IMG/VR virus record: IMGVR_UViG_3300027874_000007
Coordinates: 1 to 40,383 of that record
Length of the DNA: 40,383 nt
DNA from: a virus
Taxonomy: Duplodnaviria > Caudoviricetes
Direction: 5' to 3' (one strand)
The notes beneath the pieces were generated by a model. The model saw only the letters and a list, made by a program, of their open reading frames with translations. It searched no databases and was not told where the DNA came from. Of the stretch, positions 31,330 to 40,284 are shown in pieces (the stretch's first letter is position 1; each line of letters opens with the position of its first letter). A program made the position numbers and the translations under genes.

Positions 31330-31596
31330 ATGATGGGACGGCGACGCGCCCGAAAGTCTCCGCCTGCGCCCAATGGACGGCGTGGACCAGGCGGGGCCCA
31401 GCGGAAGAATCCGCTCGCGATCTCGTGGGAAGAGGCGGCGCACTTGGTGGACATGCACCCGCGCACCCTGAAGCACCATCTCAAACGCACGGACGCCGCG
31501 TGTCTCGTGCGGATCGGGAAGCGGTATCGCCTCGATCGGAAAGGCTTTTATCGCTGGTGCCGGCAGCTGGGCTTCGAGGGGGCCTCGAGTCTCTAG
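31330..31596 (+). CDS. Excisionase-family HTH protein (Cro-like position)
   Basis: ISWEEAAHLVDMHPRTL...VRIGKRYRLDRKGFYRW; GGAGG RBS. Confidence 0.8.
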   Translation: MMGRRRARKSPPAPNGRRGPGGAQRKNPLAISWEEAAHLVDMHPRTLKHHLKRTDAACLVRIGKRYRLDRKGFYRWCRQLGFEGASSL

Positions 31597-31605
31597 GAGG
31601 TCGTG

Positions 31606-32508
31606 ATGGCGAACGATCCGTGGCGACGAGACTGCATCGGCAGCTCCGACGCGCCGGCGGTCGCGGGCGTCGATCCGTTCCGGTCGGCGGGGGACATCTG
31701 GGCGGAGAAGACGGGACGCATCCCGGCCTCAGAGGGGGACGAGAATGGCAGCCATGCCAGCCTCACCCCGCTCTCCTTGGGGAGCGTGATCGGCCCGCTC
31801 CTCGTCAACTACGCGGCGCGGATGATCGACCGTCCCGTGGCGGGGGAAGTCTGGTACCGCCATCCGACGGCGCCGATGGCCTGCAGCGTGGACGGGATCT
31901 CGCTTGAGTCGCCCGGCGTGCTGATCGAGGCCAAGACGACGGGGATCATCGCCCCGGTGCCGCCGCAGTACGCCCACGCCTACGGCGAGGACGGAACAGA
32001 TGAGGTGCCGCAGTCCGTCACGATCCAGGTGCATCACGCGTTCGCGGTCTTAGATGCCCAGCCGAACATGCCGCCCATCCAGACGGCGCTCGTCCCCGTG
32101 CTGATCGGGGGCCGCGGCATCCGCTGCTATCGCCTCACGCGAGACGAAAAGCTCGTCAGCGATCTCATCCATCTCGAGACGGCGTGGTGGGAAGACTACG
32201 TCGAGGGAGACCGCTGCCCGCCGAACGATCCGCCGTCGCTGCCGACCCTCAAGCGCTTTGCGCGCCGCCCGGAGACGCCCCCGCGCCCGGTCGATCCTGT
32301 CTACGTCTCAGAATGGCTCCAGGCCAAGGACGTCTTGAAACAGGCGACGGCGAACGAGGAATACCTCCGGCGGCTGATCCTAGCGGAGCTGGGCGACAGC
32401 GAGATGGGCGAGTGCACGCTGGGCCGGCTCACGTTCAAGGAGACGAAACGGGCAGCCTACCACGTGGGCGCGACCACCTTCCGGACCCTCCGGTTCGAGC
32501 GCAAGTGA
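31606..32508 (+). CDS. YqaJ-like (lambda-exo family) exonuclease
   Basis: WRRDCIGSSDAPAVAGVDPF.SA.DIWAEKTG, CSVDG, IEAKT, IQVHH. Confidence 0.92.
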   Translation: MANDPWRRDCIGSSDAPAVAGVDPFRSAGDIWAEKTGRIPASEGDENGSHASLTPLSLGSVIGPLLVNYAARMIDRPVAGEVWYRHPTAPMACSVDGISLESPGVLIEAKTTGIIAPVPPQYAHAYGEDGTDEVPQSVTIQVHHAFAVLDAQPNMPPIQTALVPVLIGGRGIRCYRLTRDEKLVSDLIHLETAWWEDYVEGDRCPPNDPPSLPTLKRFARRPETPPRPVDPVYVSEWLQAKDVLKQATANEEYLRRLILAELGDSEMGECTLGRLTFKETKRAAYHVGATTFRTLRFERK

Positions 32509-32678
32509 TGGACTGGTGGCAGTTCGGCTCTGGCGCGCTGGGCGCCTTCTGCGGCTACATGGCGGCGTGGGGCGTGCGGGCATGGCATGACCGGGAGCGG
32601 TCCCGGCGCTGGGTGATCGGGGACGAGGAGTTTCAGCGATGGGCGATACAGAAGTCGCAACAGCAGACCGACAGGTAA
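32508..32678 (+). CDS. Small membrane protein
   Basis: TGATG-coupled; N-terminal TM MDWWQFGSGALGAFCGYMAAWGV. Confidence 0.5.
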   Translation: MDWWQFGSGALGAFCGYMAAWGVRAWHDRERSRRWVIGDEEFQRWAIQKSQQQTDR

Positions 32679-33595
32679 TCGCGGGCACGCTCGAGGGGGT
32701 GATCACGTCCTCCGCGATGGAGGCGATCACCCGCAGCGAGCTCGACGTGCAGATTGTCACGGCGCGGCGCTTCCCGCGCTCCCTCGCCCATTTCAAGGCC
32801 AGAGCCCTCACCATGATCCGGCTGGACGTGGAGACGGCGCAGAGCTGCTTCTACGTGCTCCCGCGGCGCCAGCGTCAAGCGGACGGCACGTTCAAGCGGG
32901 TGACGATTGACGGCCCCGGCGTGCGGCTGGCGGAGATCGCGCAGGTGGCCTACGGCAACATCCGTGCCGGCGCCCGCATCGTCGCGGAGACCGATCGGGA
33001 GGTGGTGGCGCAGGGGTTCTGCCACGATCTCGAGACGAACACGGCAGTCGTGATGGAGGTCCAGCGCCGCATCGTGGATGGGAACGGGCGACGCTACTCG
33101 GACGACATGATCACCATGACGAAGAACGCCGCGTGCTCCATTGCAAGACGCAATGCCGTCTTCGCCGTGATTCCCCGCGCCTTCATCAATCCGCTCCTCG
33201 AGGCTGCCAAGAAGGTGGCCGCAGGCGATGCGAAGACCCTCTCGGAGAGCCGCACGCGCGCCCTCGCCGCATTCGCGGAGATAGGTGTGTCTGCGACTGC
33301 GGTCTGTGACAAGCTCGAGCGGCGTGGCGTCGAAGATATCGACTTGGAGGATCTCACCTTGCTCTCCGGGCTCCTGACCGCGATCCGCGAGCGTGAGACC
33401 ACCGTGGAGGCGGAATTCCCGCCGGTGCCGGGCGAGCCCACGGGGAGCCGCACTGCGGCAGTGGCGGAGACCTTGGCCCGGCGGCGGCGTGCCGCCGATC
33501 AGGCGACCGGACGCGGCGCGGAGTCTCCTGCCACCCCACCCCCGGCGGCACCTCCGGAGACTCCGACGCCCCCCACCCCATCGGAGACCCCGTGA
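32639..33595 (+). CDS. Putative single-strand annealing protein (recombinase partner of YqaJ)
   Basis: Position after the exonuclease; QIVTARRFPRS, FYVLPR, IDGPGVRLAE..YGN motifs of a widespread phage family; disordered C-terminal tail. Confidence 0.6.
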   Translation: MGDTEVATADRQVIAGTLEGVITSSAMEAITRSELDVQIVTARRFPRSLAHFKARALTMIRLDVETAQSCFYVLPRRQRQADGTFKRVTIDGPGVRLAEIAQVAYGNIRAGARIVAETDREVVAQGFCHDLETNTAVVMEVQRRIVDGNGRRYSDDMITMTKNAACSIARRNAVFAVIPRAFINPLLEAAKKVAAGDAKTLSESRTRALAAFAEIGVSATAVCDKLERRGVEDIDLEDLTLLSGLLTAIRERETTVEAEFPPVPGEPTGSRTAAVAETLARRRRAADQATGRGAESPATPPPAAPPETPTPPTPSETP

Positions 33596-34108
33596 GTGCT
33601 CGACTTCGGTGCCCTCTTCGCGTGGTGCGATCTCCACGCCTCACGGTGGCAAAGATTCAGACTGGATCTGTCGCTCGCGCTGGACGAGTTTACTGCCGAC
33701 GCTCTTAAGCAGATCGCCGCTCGTCCGACTTACTACGATCGCCAAGGCTTCCCGATCCCGGCAGTGGACGGCGTGGAGCCGACGCTGGTGTGGGCGCGCA
33801 TGGCCCAAGACGTGGACTACAAGCGCGTCGCGTGGGACGAGCTGCCTGACGGCTCCTACCTCTCCACGGTCTGGCTGGGACTCGATCACGCGTTCGCTGG
33901 CCCACCGCTCATCTTCGAAACGATGCGCTTCTCCAAGGAGACGCATGAGTCCGCGATGTTCCCGGCCATGCGCTTCCGTGACGAGCTGTCCTTTACCGAT
34001 CCCGTGGACGGTGGGGAAACCACACAGCTTCGGTACCGGACAGAGGAGGAGGCACTTGCGTCGCACCATGAGATTGTGCGCCGCATCCGCATCCGGGAGG
34101 GACACTGA
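33596..34108 (+). CDS. Conserved phage hypothetical protein (STVWLGLDH...PLIFETM family)
   Basis: YYDRQG.PI, STVWLGLDH, PPLIFETM, RYRTEEEALASH. Confidence 0.75.
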   Translation: MLDFGALFAWCDLHASRWQRFRLDLSLALDEFTADALKQIAARPTYYDRQGFPIPAVDGVEPTLVWARMAQDVDYKRVAWDELPDGSYLSTVWLGLDHAFAGPPLIFETMRFSKETHESAMFPAMRFRDELSFTDPVDGGETTQLRYRTEEEALASHHEIVRRIRIREGH

Positions 34109-34317
34109 TGACGGGGACGCAGATCTTCCTCTGGATCGCCATCGTCGCCAACTTGGCTGCCGTGGGAGTGAGCCTCTGGCACATCCGCCAACTGAAGAAG
34201 GCGCGCGCGATGGCCCAAGAGAACCTTGAGATGGCGGCACGCCTGAACGGCAAGGCGCAGGCGTTCATGGCGCAGATGATGGAGGACGCAGAGGGGCCCC
34301 GCCTCCCGCTCCAGTGA
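34108..34317 (+). CDS. Small single-TM protein
   Basis: TGATG-coupled, GGAGG RBS; N-terminal hydrophobic helix followed by a coiled coil. Confidence 0.7.
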   Translation: MTGTQIFLWIAIVANLAAVGVSLWHIRQLKKARAMAQENLEMAARLNGKAQAFMAQMMEDAEGPRLPLQ

Positions 34318-34318
34318 G

Positions 34319-34501
34319 ATGGCGTCCTCCGCGCTCTCTCGGCTGGAGCGGCGGGCGGTCCAACGTCGCGCGGCCCGCGAGTGCCCGCCCCATCCTCCGA
34401 ACCGCCAGTTCTGGCAGCCGGGCGACTACGCGACACCGGACCGCCTCGTCTGCGGACGCTGCTTCACCGTCTTGGCACAGCGCAAGTCCACCCGGCGCTA
34501 A
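34319..34501 (+). CDS. Small Zn-finger-like protein
   Basis: CPPH...CGRC. Confidence 0.5.
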   Translation: MASSALSRLERRAVQRRAARECPPHPPNRQFWQPGDYATPDRLVCGRCFTVLAQRKSTRR

Positions 34502-34529
34502 GATGCACCACGATGGCGCATGTGTGCAC

Positions 34530-34559
34530 TTGACGACACGGTTCAAGTGGGCGTATCGT
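34530..34559 (+). promoter_or_regulatory. Putative sigma70 promoter of the secreted-protein moron
   Basis: TTGACG-N18-TATCGT, 10 nt before the ATG at 34570. Confidence 0.5.
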
Positions 34560-34569
34560 CCTAGGCACC

Positions 34570-34851
34570 ATGAAAACACTCCTCGTCCTCACCCTCTCCA
34601 CCCTCCTCGCTGGCCCCGTCTTGGCGGGCGGCCTCTGGCTCCAGGCGCCCAATGGCAAGTATCTGGGCAACCTGAACAGCAACCCGTTCGACCCGAATTC
34701 GGTCGCCAATCCCTTCGGGCGCTACGGCTCGCAGTTCTCGCCAGACTCGATCAACAACGGGTTTGGACGCTACGGGAGCCCGTTCTCGCCGGACAGCGCA
34801 ACCAACCCCTTCACGAGCGGGGGGCCGCGGATCATGGGGGACGACGACTGA
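34570..34851 (+). CDS. Secreted protein with NPFGRYGS.FS repeats
   Basis: Signal peptide MKTLLVLTLSTLLAGPVLA; YLGNLNSNPFDPNSVANPFGRYGSQFSPDSINNGFGRYGSPFSPDSATNPF. Confidence 0.85.
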   Translation: MKTLLVLTLSTLLAGPVLAGGLWLQAPNGKYLGNLNSNPFDPNSVANPFGRYGSQFSPDSINNGFGRYGSPFSPDSATNPFTSGGPRIMGDDD

Positions 34852-34925
34852 TGCCCGACATCGTCCTGATCGCGCTGATCGCGTACGTCTGCTTGGCGAT
34901 CTACCAGCTCACGGGAGGGAAATGA
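34851..34925 (+). CDS. Hydrophobic micropeptide (24 aa)
   Basis: TGATG-coupled; MPDIVLIALIAYVCLAIYQLTGGK. Confidence 0.5.
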   Translation: MPDIVLIALIAYVCLAIYQLTGGK

Positions 34926-34928
34926 TTT

Positions 34929-35024
34929 TCACTCCGTGGGCTCGTCGGGCGGCTCCACGTCGGGACACTCGTCCTCGTCTTCCTCTGAGTTGACTTCTTC
35001 GGCCTCGTCTTCGGGGCGCTTCAT
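34929..35024 (-). CDS. Acidic micropeptide (31 aa), last gene of the late operon
   Basis: ATGA-coupled to the endolysin, GAGGA RBS; MKRPEDEAEEVNSEEDEDECPDVEPPDEPTE. Confidence 0.5.
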   Translation of the reverse strand: MKRPEDEAEEVNSEEDEDECPDVEPPDEPTE

Positions 35025-35494
35025 GCTGTCCTCGTCGTCGTTGGGGTCGTGGTCGTTGCGGACCAGCCCCACGGCGCATCATCGTCATAGTTCTGACCGC
35101 CGTGGCGAACGCTGACGTGCACGTGATGCGCGTGGGCGTTCTTGCCGGTGTAAGGGCGCCATTGGCCTGCCGGGTGCGGCTGGCCTTGCCCACTGTAGAT
35201 GCGCCGGTTGGAGATCACGTACTTCACCCGCGGCTCCCCGGCGAGGACGCGCTCGCGGAGCCACTCAGCGAATTGGTAGCTGTCGAACCCGTTCTTGGGA
35301 TCGTGGGTGAAGTCTCGAGCGGTGACCACGCGGCAGCACTTGCAGGGATTGTGATCGCTCGTCGCGGCGGCGTGCCGTGCGTCCCCGATGCCGCCATCAG
35401 AGATCTTCGAGCGGTTGGGCGCTGAGCGGTTGATCTCTCCGAGGAGGCCCAGCTGCCCAGTTGCGCCGAGGGCCTTCGCCATGCGCCAACTCAT
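35021..35494 (-). CDS. Endolysin, M15-like Zn peptidase (single catalytic domain)
   Basis: Start MSWRMAK after GAGGAGG; DGGIGDARH, SDHNP, ARD, WRPYTGKNAHAHHVHVS; follows the holin. Confidence 0.8.
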   Translation of the reverse strand: MSWRMAKALGATGQLGLLGEINRSAPNRSKISDGGIGDARHAAATSDHNPCKCCRVVTARDFTHDPKNGFDSYQFAEWLRERVLAGEPRVKYVISNRRIYSGQGQPHPAGQWRPYTGKNAHAHHVHVSVRHGGQNYDDDAPWGWSATTTTPTTTRTA

Positions 35495-35838
35495 CGAGTC
35501 TCCTCCTCGTAGTTCGTGTCCTTGCCGTATCTCTTCTGGAGCAGGAATTCCTTCATCATCCGCGTCTGCTCTTCGAGGGCGGCGGTGTGCTTCTTCATCT
35601 CTTCCAGTTGGCTTTGCTGCACGCCGTTGAAGATCTCGATGGCGCGGGCGTTCGCCTCCATGCGGCTGACAATGGAGCCCATGTCGCTGGTGAAGCGCCC
35701 GAGGATGAACCAGAGGAGGACGCCCGCGACGACGACGGGAAAGCCGACTTGGACGACGACGCGGGAGGCGATATCGACCCACCCCGTGCCAGGCACGACG
35801 ATGGTGGGCGGTTGCTGCGGCGGGGGCGACCCCGTCAT
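35491..35838 (-). CDS. Holin-like protein (one TM plus coiled coil)
   Basis: QVGFPVVVAGVLLWFIL followed by heptads; directly upstream of the endolysin. Confidence 0.7.
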   Translation of the reverse strand: MTGSPPPQQPPTIVVPGTGWVDIASRVVVQVGFPVVVAGVLLWFILGRFTSDMGSIVSRMEANARAIEIFNGVQQSQLEEMKKHTAALEEQTRMMKEFLLQKRYGKDTNYEEETR

Positions 35839-38279
35839 CCGCGCATCTCAAGGCGTGTGTACCGCCGCAGGATGTCGCTCCCGTACTGAGCCGTCTTCGG
35901 TCCGTACAGGCGGGGATCGGGACCACCGAAATAGCGTTCCGCCGTGCCGCGCACGCTGCCGCTCGTGGCGTTGAGATCGTCCCGCAGATGCAGGGCACCG
36001 GCGACCAAGTTGTCCAGCGGATCGTCAATGTTGGCAGGGCGCCCTGTGATGGCTTCCACACGACTCGCGTACTCGCGGAAGGTGTCGGGCATGAGCTGCA
36101 TGAGTCCGCGTGCGCCCTTGTAGCTCACGGCTCGCGGATCACCGGCTGACTCCTGGTCTTGGACCGCACGCATCAGGTTTTCCGGGACGCCGACGACTCT
36201 GGCGACGCTCTTGCGTGCCGCGTCATAGTCGGTCGCATTGAACGCCGTGGGAGCGGGACCGGATGAGGTGTTCGGTTGCGCGGTTCTCCAGTCCGGTCCG
36301 TAGGTGCGCTCCATCTCGTCGTCCATTTGCCGCTGCGTGATGTGGCCCGCCGCGACGCGTCCCTGTAGGTCTTTGCGCGTGGCCTCCTGGCCACCAGGGA
36401 CGATTCGCTCAGCTGGTGGGGCGGCCGACGGCGGAGCCGGTGCGGCATTCGATGGAGCGGGTGGGGCTTCAGAACTGGTGCCCGATTGCTCCATCTCGGA
36501 GGGCTGCGTCAGGAATTTGTCGTAGGCTTTGATCGCCTCCTGCCCGCCAGGACTCCCCACGACGGCGGCACCCGTGCGGGCGAGCGGAACGGCTGCGCTG
36601 GCAGCGATCTGCGGATTCGCGAGCGCGGCACCTATACCCAGATCCTTCAGTCCACCCCACCAGTCCCCGTGATAGAACTTCTGGGCCGCTCGCCCGACCC
36701 CGAAGGCGTAGGCGCCCCCCTGTGCAACCTGCTTGAACCTGCTCCCTGCTGGCGGTGCGGGCGTCTGCGGCACCTCCGGGAGTGACCGCAACGCCGGTTC
36801 CGCCAAGGAGACCGGCGCCACCTCGCGGCCCCCTGCCTTGGTCAGATTGGTGAACGCCTCCGTGGCGACGCCATTCGGATCGATGATGGCACGAACCTCC
36901 GGGCGCACCGTCTCCCAGAGCTTCGCCATCTTGAGCGGATCGCCCTTTGCCCGCTGCGCCAGATCGGTGAAGAAGCCGCCGACGACATTCGACCACTTTT
37001 CGGGCTGCCCGCCGGTGACGAGCACCTTCCGGACAAACTCGAGTCGGTGCGGATCCTTTCCGCTCCCGACCACTTTCTGGAACGCTTGGACAGGCGACTC
37101 CGCGTTGTCGATCGTCGCCGCGAGGTCCTTTGCGGGTCGGATGGCGAGGCGCCATTGCTGGTTGGCGCTCTCAAGTGCCTTCGCCGCAGGTGTGCCCTCA
37201 AGGAGTCCCTTCTTCGCGTCTGCGATCGCTTTCCGAACAGACGAAGGTCCGTTGATGCGCTGGAGCGCCTTCTCCGCCTTGTCCAGATCCTCCCACTCCA
37301 CGGGGGCGCCGCTCTTGAGTTGCTCCTGGATGGCTTTCACCTGCTTGCTTTCAGCCGTCCGCGCGAGATCGCCCCATTCGTCTTCAGCCGTCTCCAGACT
37401 CTTCGCGAGCGTCTGCCCCACCGCGTTCTGGTTCGTCGCCGCGAGGCCTTTCGCCTTGGCGTAGGCGGCGATCTTGTCGTAGGTGCCCTCTTGGAACGCG
37501 CTCCGGCGTGCCGCCTCTGCGGGGGGATATGCCTCGCGGATCGTGGTGCCCGCCTCTCGGGGCGTCGCCGTCTGGAGCTTCTCGATGTCCTCTGCGGCTT
37601 TCCTCGTCGCGGCAGCGTCGGAGATCCCCGCGGCACCTTCGGCGGCGGCGGTTCCGTGGACAGCTTCCCGCGCCGCAGCCGCTTCCCCGACGCCGGCCGC
37701 CACGTTCTCGACGGCTTGCCCGGTGCGTGCCGCCTCCGCAGCCTTCGTGGCAGCCTGCGCCGCCTCCGCGGCTTTCCCCGGGGCTTGGATCGCCTTCTTC
37801 ACGGCACCGACGGTCTGCACGCCACCGGTCAGGAGTTCCGTGCCGACACCTAGGGCATCGGAGAGCCACTGCGGGGCGCCGAGCGCCCGCGAGGCGACAC
37901 TCATCCCCGATCCGGCAAGCATCAACTCCGGAGCGACCACGGGCGAGGTGACGAGCGCGAGGTCACCCAGCCGCGACAGCATCGTCCGATCTTTCGGGTC
38001 GGGCGTGCCTTCCGGGGCGCTGATCCAGTTCGGGAACATCTCGGAGCCGATCCGGCGCCCGGCTTCGATGTAACTCCGCCCGATGTGTTCGACCTGCTGC
38101 TGGGCACGACCGAGGGCCGTCGGCGCGTTCTCCGGCTCAGTCGAGGGTGCCGGTGCCGCTGCAGGCTCGCCGCCGCCGCTCAGGCTCTTCGCGATCTCGT
38201 CGATGTCGGCCGGCGTGGCACCGTCGCCCACCTCAACGCGCTTGGTCTGGCCGTTGATCGTGAGCTCGACGGTGGGCAT
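35835..38279 (-). CDS. Large ejection protein with C-terminal lytic transglycosylase (SLT) domain
   Basis: AVQDQESAGDPRAVSYKGARGLMQLMPDT...DPLDNLVAGALHL; Ala-rich helical body. Confidence 0.88.
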   Translation of the reverse strand: MPTVELTINGQTKRVEVGDGATPADIDEIAKSLSGGGEPAAAPAPSTEPENAPTALGRAQQQVEHIGRSYIEAGRRIGSEMFPNWISAPEGTPDPKDRTMLSRLGDLALVTSPVVAPELMLAGSGMSVASRALGAPQWLSDALGVGTELLTGGVQTVGAVKKAIQAPGKAAEAAQAATKAAEAARTGQAVENVAAGVGEAAAAREAVHGTAAAEGAAGISDAAATRKAAEDIEKLQTATPREAGTTIREAYPPAEAARRSAFQEGTYDKIAAYAKAKGLAATNQNAVGQTLAKSLETAEDEWGDLARTAESKQVKAIQEQLKSGAPVEWEDLDKAEKALQRINGPSSVRKAIADAKKGLLEGTPAAKALESANQQWRLAIRPAKDLAATIDNAESPVQAFQKVVGSGKDPHRLEFVRKVLVTGGQPEKWSNVVGGFFTDLAQRAKGDPLKMAKLWETVRPEVRAIIDPNGVATEAFTNLTKAGGREVAPVSLAEPALRSLPEVPQTPAPPAGSRFKQVAQGGAYAFGVGRAAQKFYHGDWWGGLKDLGIGAALANPQIAASAAVPLARTGAAVVGSPGGQEAIKAYDKFLTQPSEMEQSGTSSEAPPAPSNAAPAPPSAAPPAERIVPGGQEATRKDLQGRVAAGHITQRQMDDEMERTYGPDWRTAQPNTSSGPAPTAFNATDYDAARKSVARVVGVPENLMRAVQDQESAGDPRAVSYKGARGLMQLMPDTFREYASRVEAITGRPANIDDPLDNLVAGALHLRDDLNATSGSVRGTAERYFGGPDPRLYGPKTAQYGSDILRRYTRLEMRG

Positions 38280-38282
38280 GGA

Positions 38283-39764
38283 TCACGGCAGGACGCGGTA
38301 CTGGATCCCGCCGCTCGTGGTGCCGCTCTTGGGCAAGCCTCCGCCTCCGCCGGGGACGCTCGAGGACGTCACCGTGCCCGCGGGCGTGTTGGCCGGCGTC
38401 TTCGTCTGGCTCTCGCTGGATTCGTCCGGGACCGCTTGCCCACCCAGACCGGTGACCACTTGGTTGTAGACCTTGATGAACGTCCGCTTGAAGGCCGCCG
38501 CTTCCTCGCGGTTCATCTTGCCGGCGGCGAGGCGCTTCCAATCCTTCCCGATGAGTTCGATCTCCGGAATGTTGATCCGGAGCCCCTTCGACCCAGCCGC
38601 CAGCGACTTGATCGCCGGGACGATCTTCGTGAGCCCGTTCTTGATGTAGGCCACGTCATCTTGAGTCTGTTGATCGCCCACCGCGCCGCGTAGCGACATC
38701 ACCCATGGGTTGGCTGCCTGCGCCACTCCAGCGGTCTGCCGACTCGTCTCCTTGGATGGGAGCACGTTGTTGATCGCCCGGTTGTAGTCGGGTGCTTGGA
38801 GCCACTTGATGATGCCGGCGCCGCTGTTCTGCACCTCGTTCAACTGGAGGGCATTGGCCTTCGCAGCTTCGGCTCTCGCGGCGTCCGCGGCCTTCCGTGC
38901 GTTCAACTGCTCCGTCGTGAGATCAGCGCCTGAGTCCGTGGTGCCGCCGCCCCCACCGCCCGCCGTGCCGCCAGCTCCACCGGCGCCTGATGGCTTGACA
39001 CCCATCTCGTTGCCCAGCGGACTCCCCGGCGCCGGGGGCTTCATGGCGACATTGGGTTGCGCGCCACGTGCTGGGGGCGCTGCCGCGCCGCCATCGCCAC
39101 CGACCTTGGTCCACCGCCCGAAATTGGGATGATCAGGATCCGCGATCCATTTCTCCCCGACGTCCCAATGCGCCGCGCGTTCCTCCGGGGTCTTCGGCGG
39201 CGGTACCAATTCCCCGCGCTCGTAGGTCTTCAGGCGGAGATTGATCCCCAGCCCCTTGATCAGATTGTTAAACTCGTTCTGATCCACCGCCATCTTGAGG
39301 CGCAGGAGATTGATCTGCTGGCCTAGGTCACCATGCGCCGACCGCATGTCCTGATTCGTCATGTCGAGGGCTTGCTTCGCGGCGAGGACGTTCAGACCCG
39401 AATTGTGGCGATCGATCGCAGCGTTGTACGCCCGGCGATAGTCGGCATCGGCGGCGCCAGCCATCCCGAAGGTCAAGATGTTGGCGAGAATCCCCGGCTT
39501 CGTGTCTTCCGGCAGATAATCCCGGTGCCCCGCGGCGTTCGCGGCTTGCGTGAGCTGGAAGTACTGGTTGAACCGCTGCTTGATCTCAGACGGCGACAGC
39601 CCGGCATCCTGCGTGACGGCACCCAGCGGCTGCTGCGACGGATCAGGAGCGGATTGGTCGACCGTGGGCGGCTGGGGCGTTCCCTGCGACGGCTGCACCG
39701 CAGGTGGCCCCGTCGTGCCATCGCGAAACTGATACCCTCCTGCCCACGGACCGGGCCCGTTCAT
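38283..39764 (-). CDS. Putative DNA ejection protein (493 aa)
   Basis: Between other ejection-like genes; Gly/Ala/Gln-rich; TGATG-coupled. Confidence 0.65.
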   Translation of the reverse strand: MNGPGPWAGGYQFRDGTTGPPAVQPSQGTPQPPTVDQSAPDPSQQPLGAVTQDAGLSPSEIKQRFNQYFQLTQAANAAGHRDYLPEDTKPGILANILTFGMAGAADADYRRAYNAAIDRHNSGLNVLAAKQALDMTNQDMRSAHGDLGQQINLLRLKMAVDQNEFNNLIKGLGINLRLKTYERGELVPPPKTPEERAAHWDVGEKWIADPDHPNFGRWTKVGGDGGAAAPPARGAQPNVAMKPPAPGSPLGNEMGVKPSGAGGAGGTAGGGGGGTTDSGADLTTEQLNARKAADAARAEAAKANALQLNEVQNSGAGIIKWLQAPDYNRAINNVLPSKETSRQTAGVAQAANPWVMSLRGAVGDQQTQDDVAYIKNGLTKIVPAIKSLAAGSKGLRINIPEIELIGKDWKRLAAGKMNREEAAAFKRTFIKVYNQVVTGLGGQAVPDESSESQTKTPANTPAGTVTSSSVPGGGGGLPKSGTTSGGIQYRVLP

Positions 39765-40284
39765 CAGCCGCCGCCCGCCGTCGATCCCTGCTGCGACGCC
39801 ATATTCCCTAGGGCACCAATCGAGCCACCGACCTGCTGCCAGCGCTGGCCTGTCTGCCCCATCATCTCCCCGATGTATTGGCCCTTCGTCGGGTAGGCTT
39901 GGGCCCCTAGCTGCGCTAGCCGATCCTGCTGGTATGGTTGCTGCGCGGCCACGTCATAGCCAGACATCTTCCCCATCGCCTCCCCGAATTGCCCCATCGT
40001 CTGCGGCACGGTCCCGTAGAGACCCATGGTGGCCCCGGTGTTTGCGAGCATCGAAGCGGCGCCGCCCAGCTGGTTGCCCCGGAGCCCCAGCGTCTGGTTG
40101 TAGATCTGGTTCGTGCCTTGGCCGTACTGCCCCCCGAGGCCGAGCGCCTGGTTCGCAGAATTCGCGTAGGCGTTCTGGAGGAGATCGTTCAGCTGCGTGC
40201 CGCGCTGGAATTGCGCGGAGCCCAGCGCGGTCGTCTTGTACTGGTTGAATTTGGAGAGTGCCTCGATCCCGGCGGAGGAATTTC
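39764..40284 (-). CDS. Putative DNA ejection/internal virion protein, 3' part of the gene starting at 436
   Basis: In frame across the circular join. G/Q/A/M-rich helical composition typical of podovirus ejection (pilot) proteins. Confidence 0.75.
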
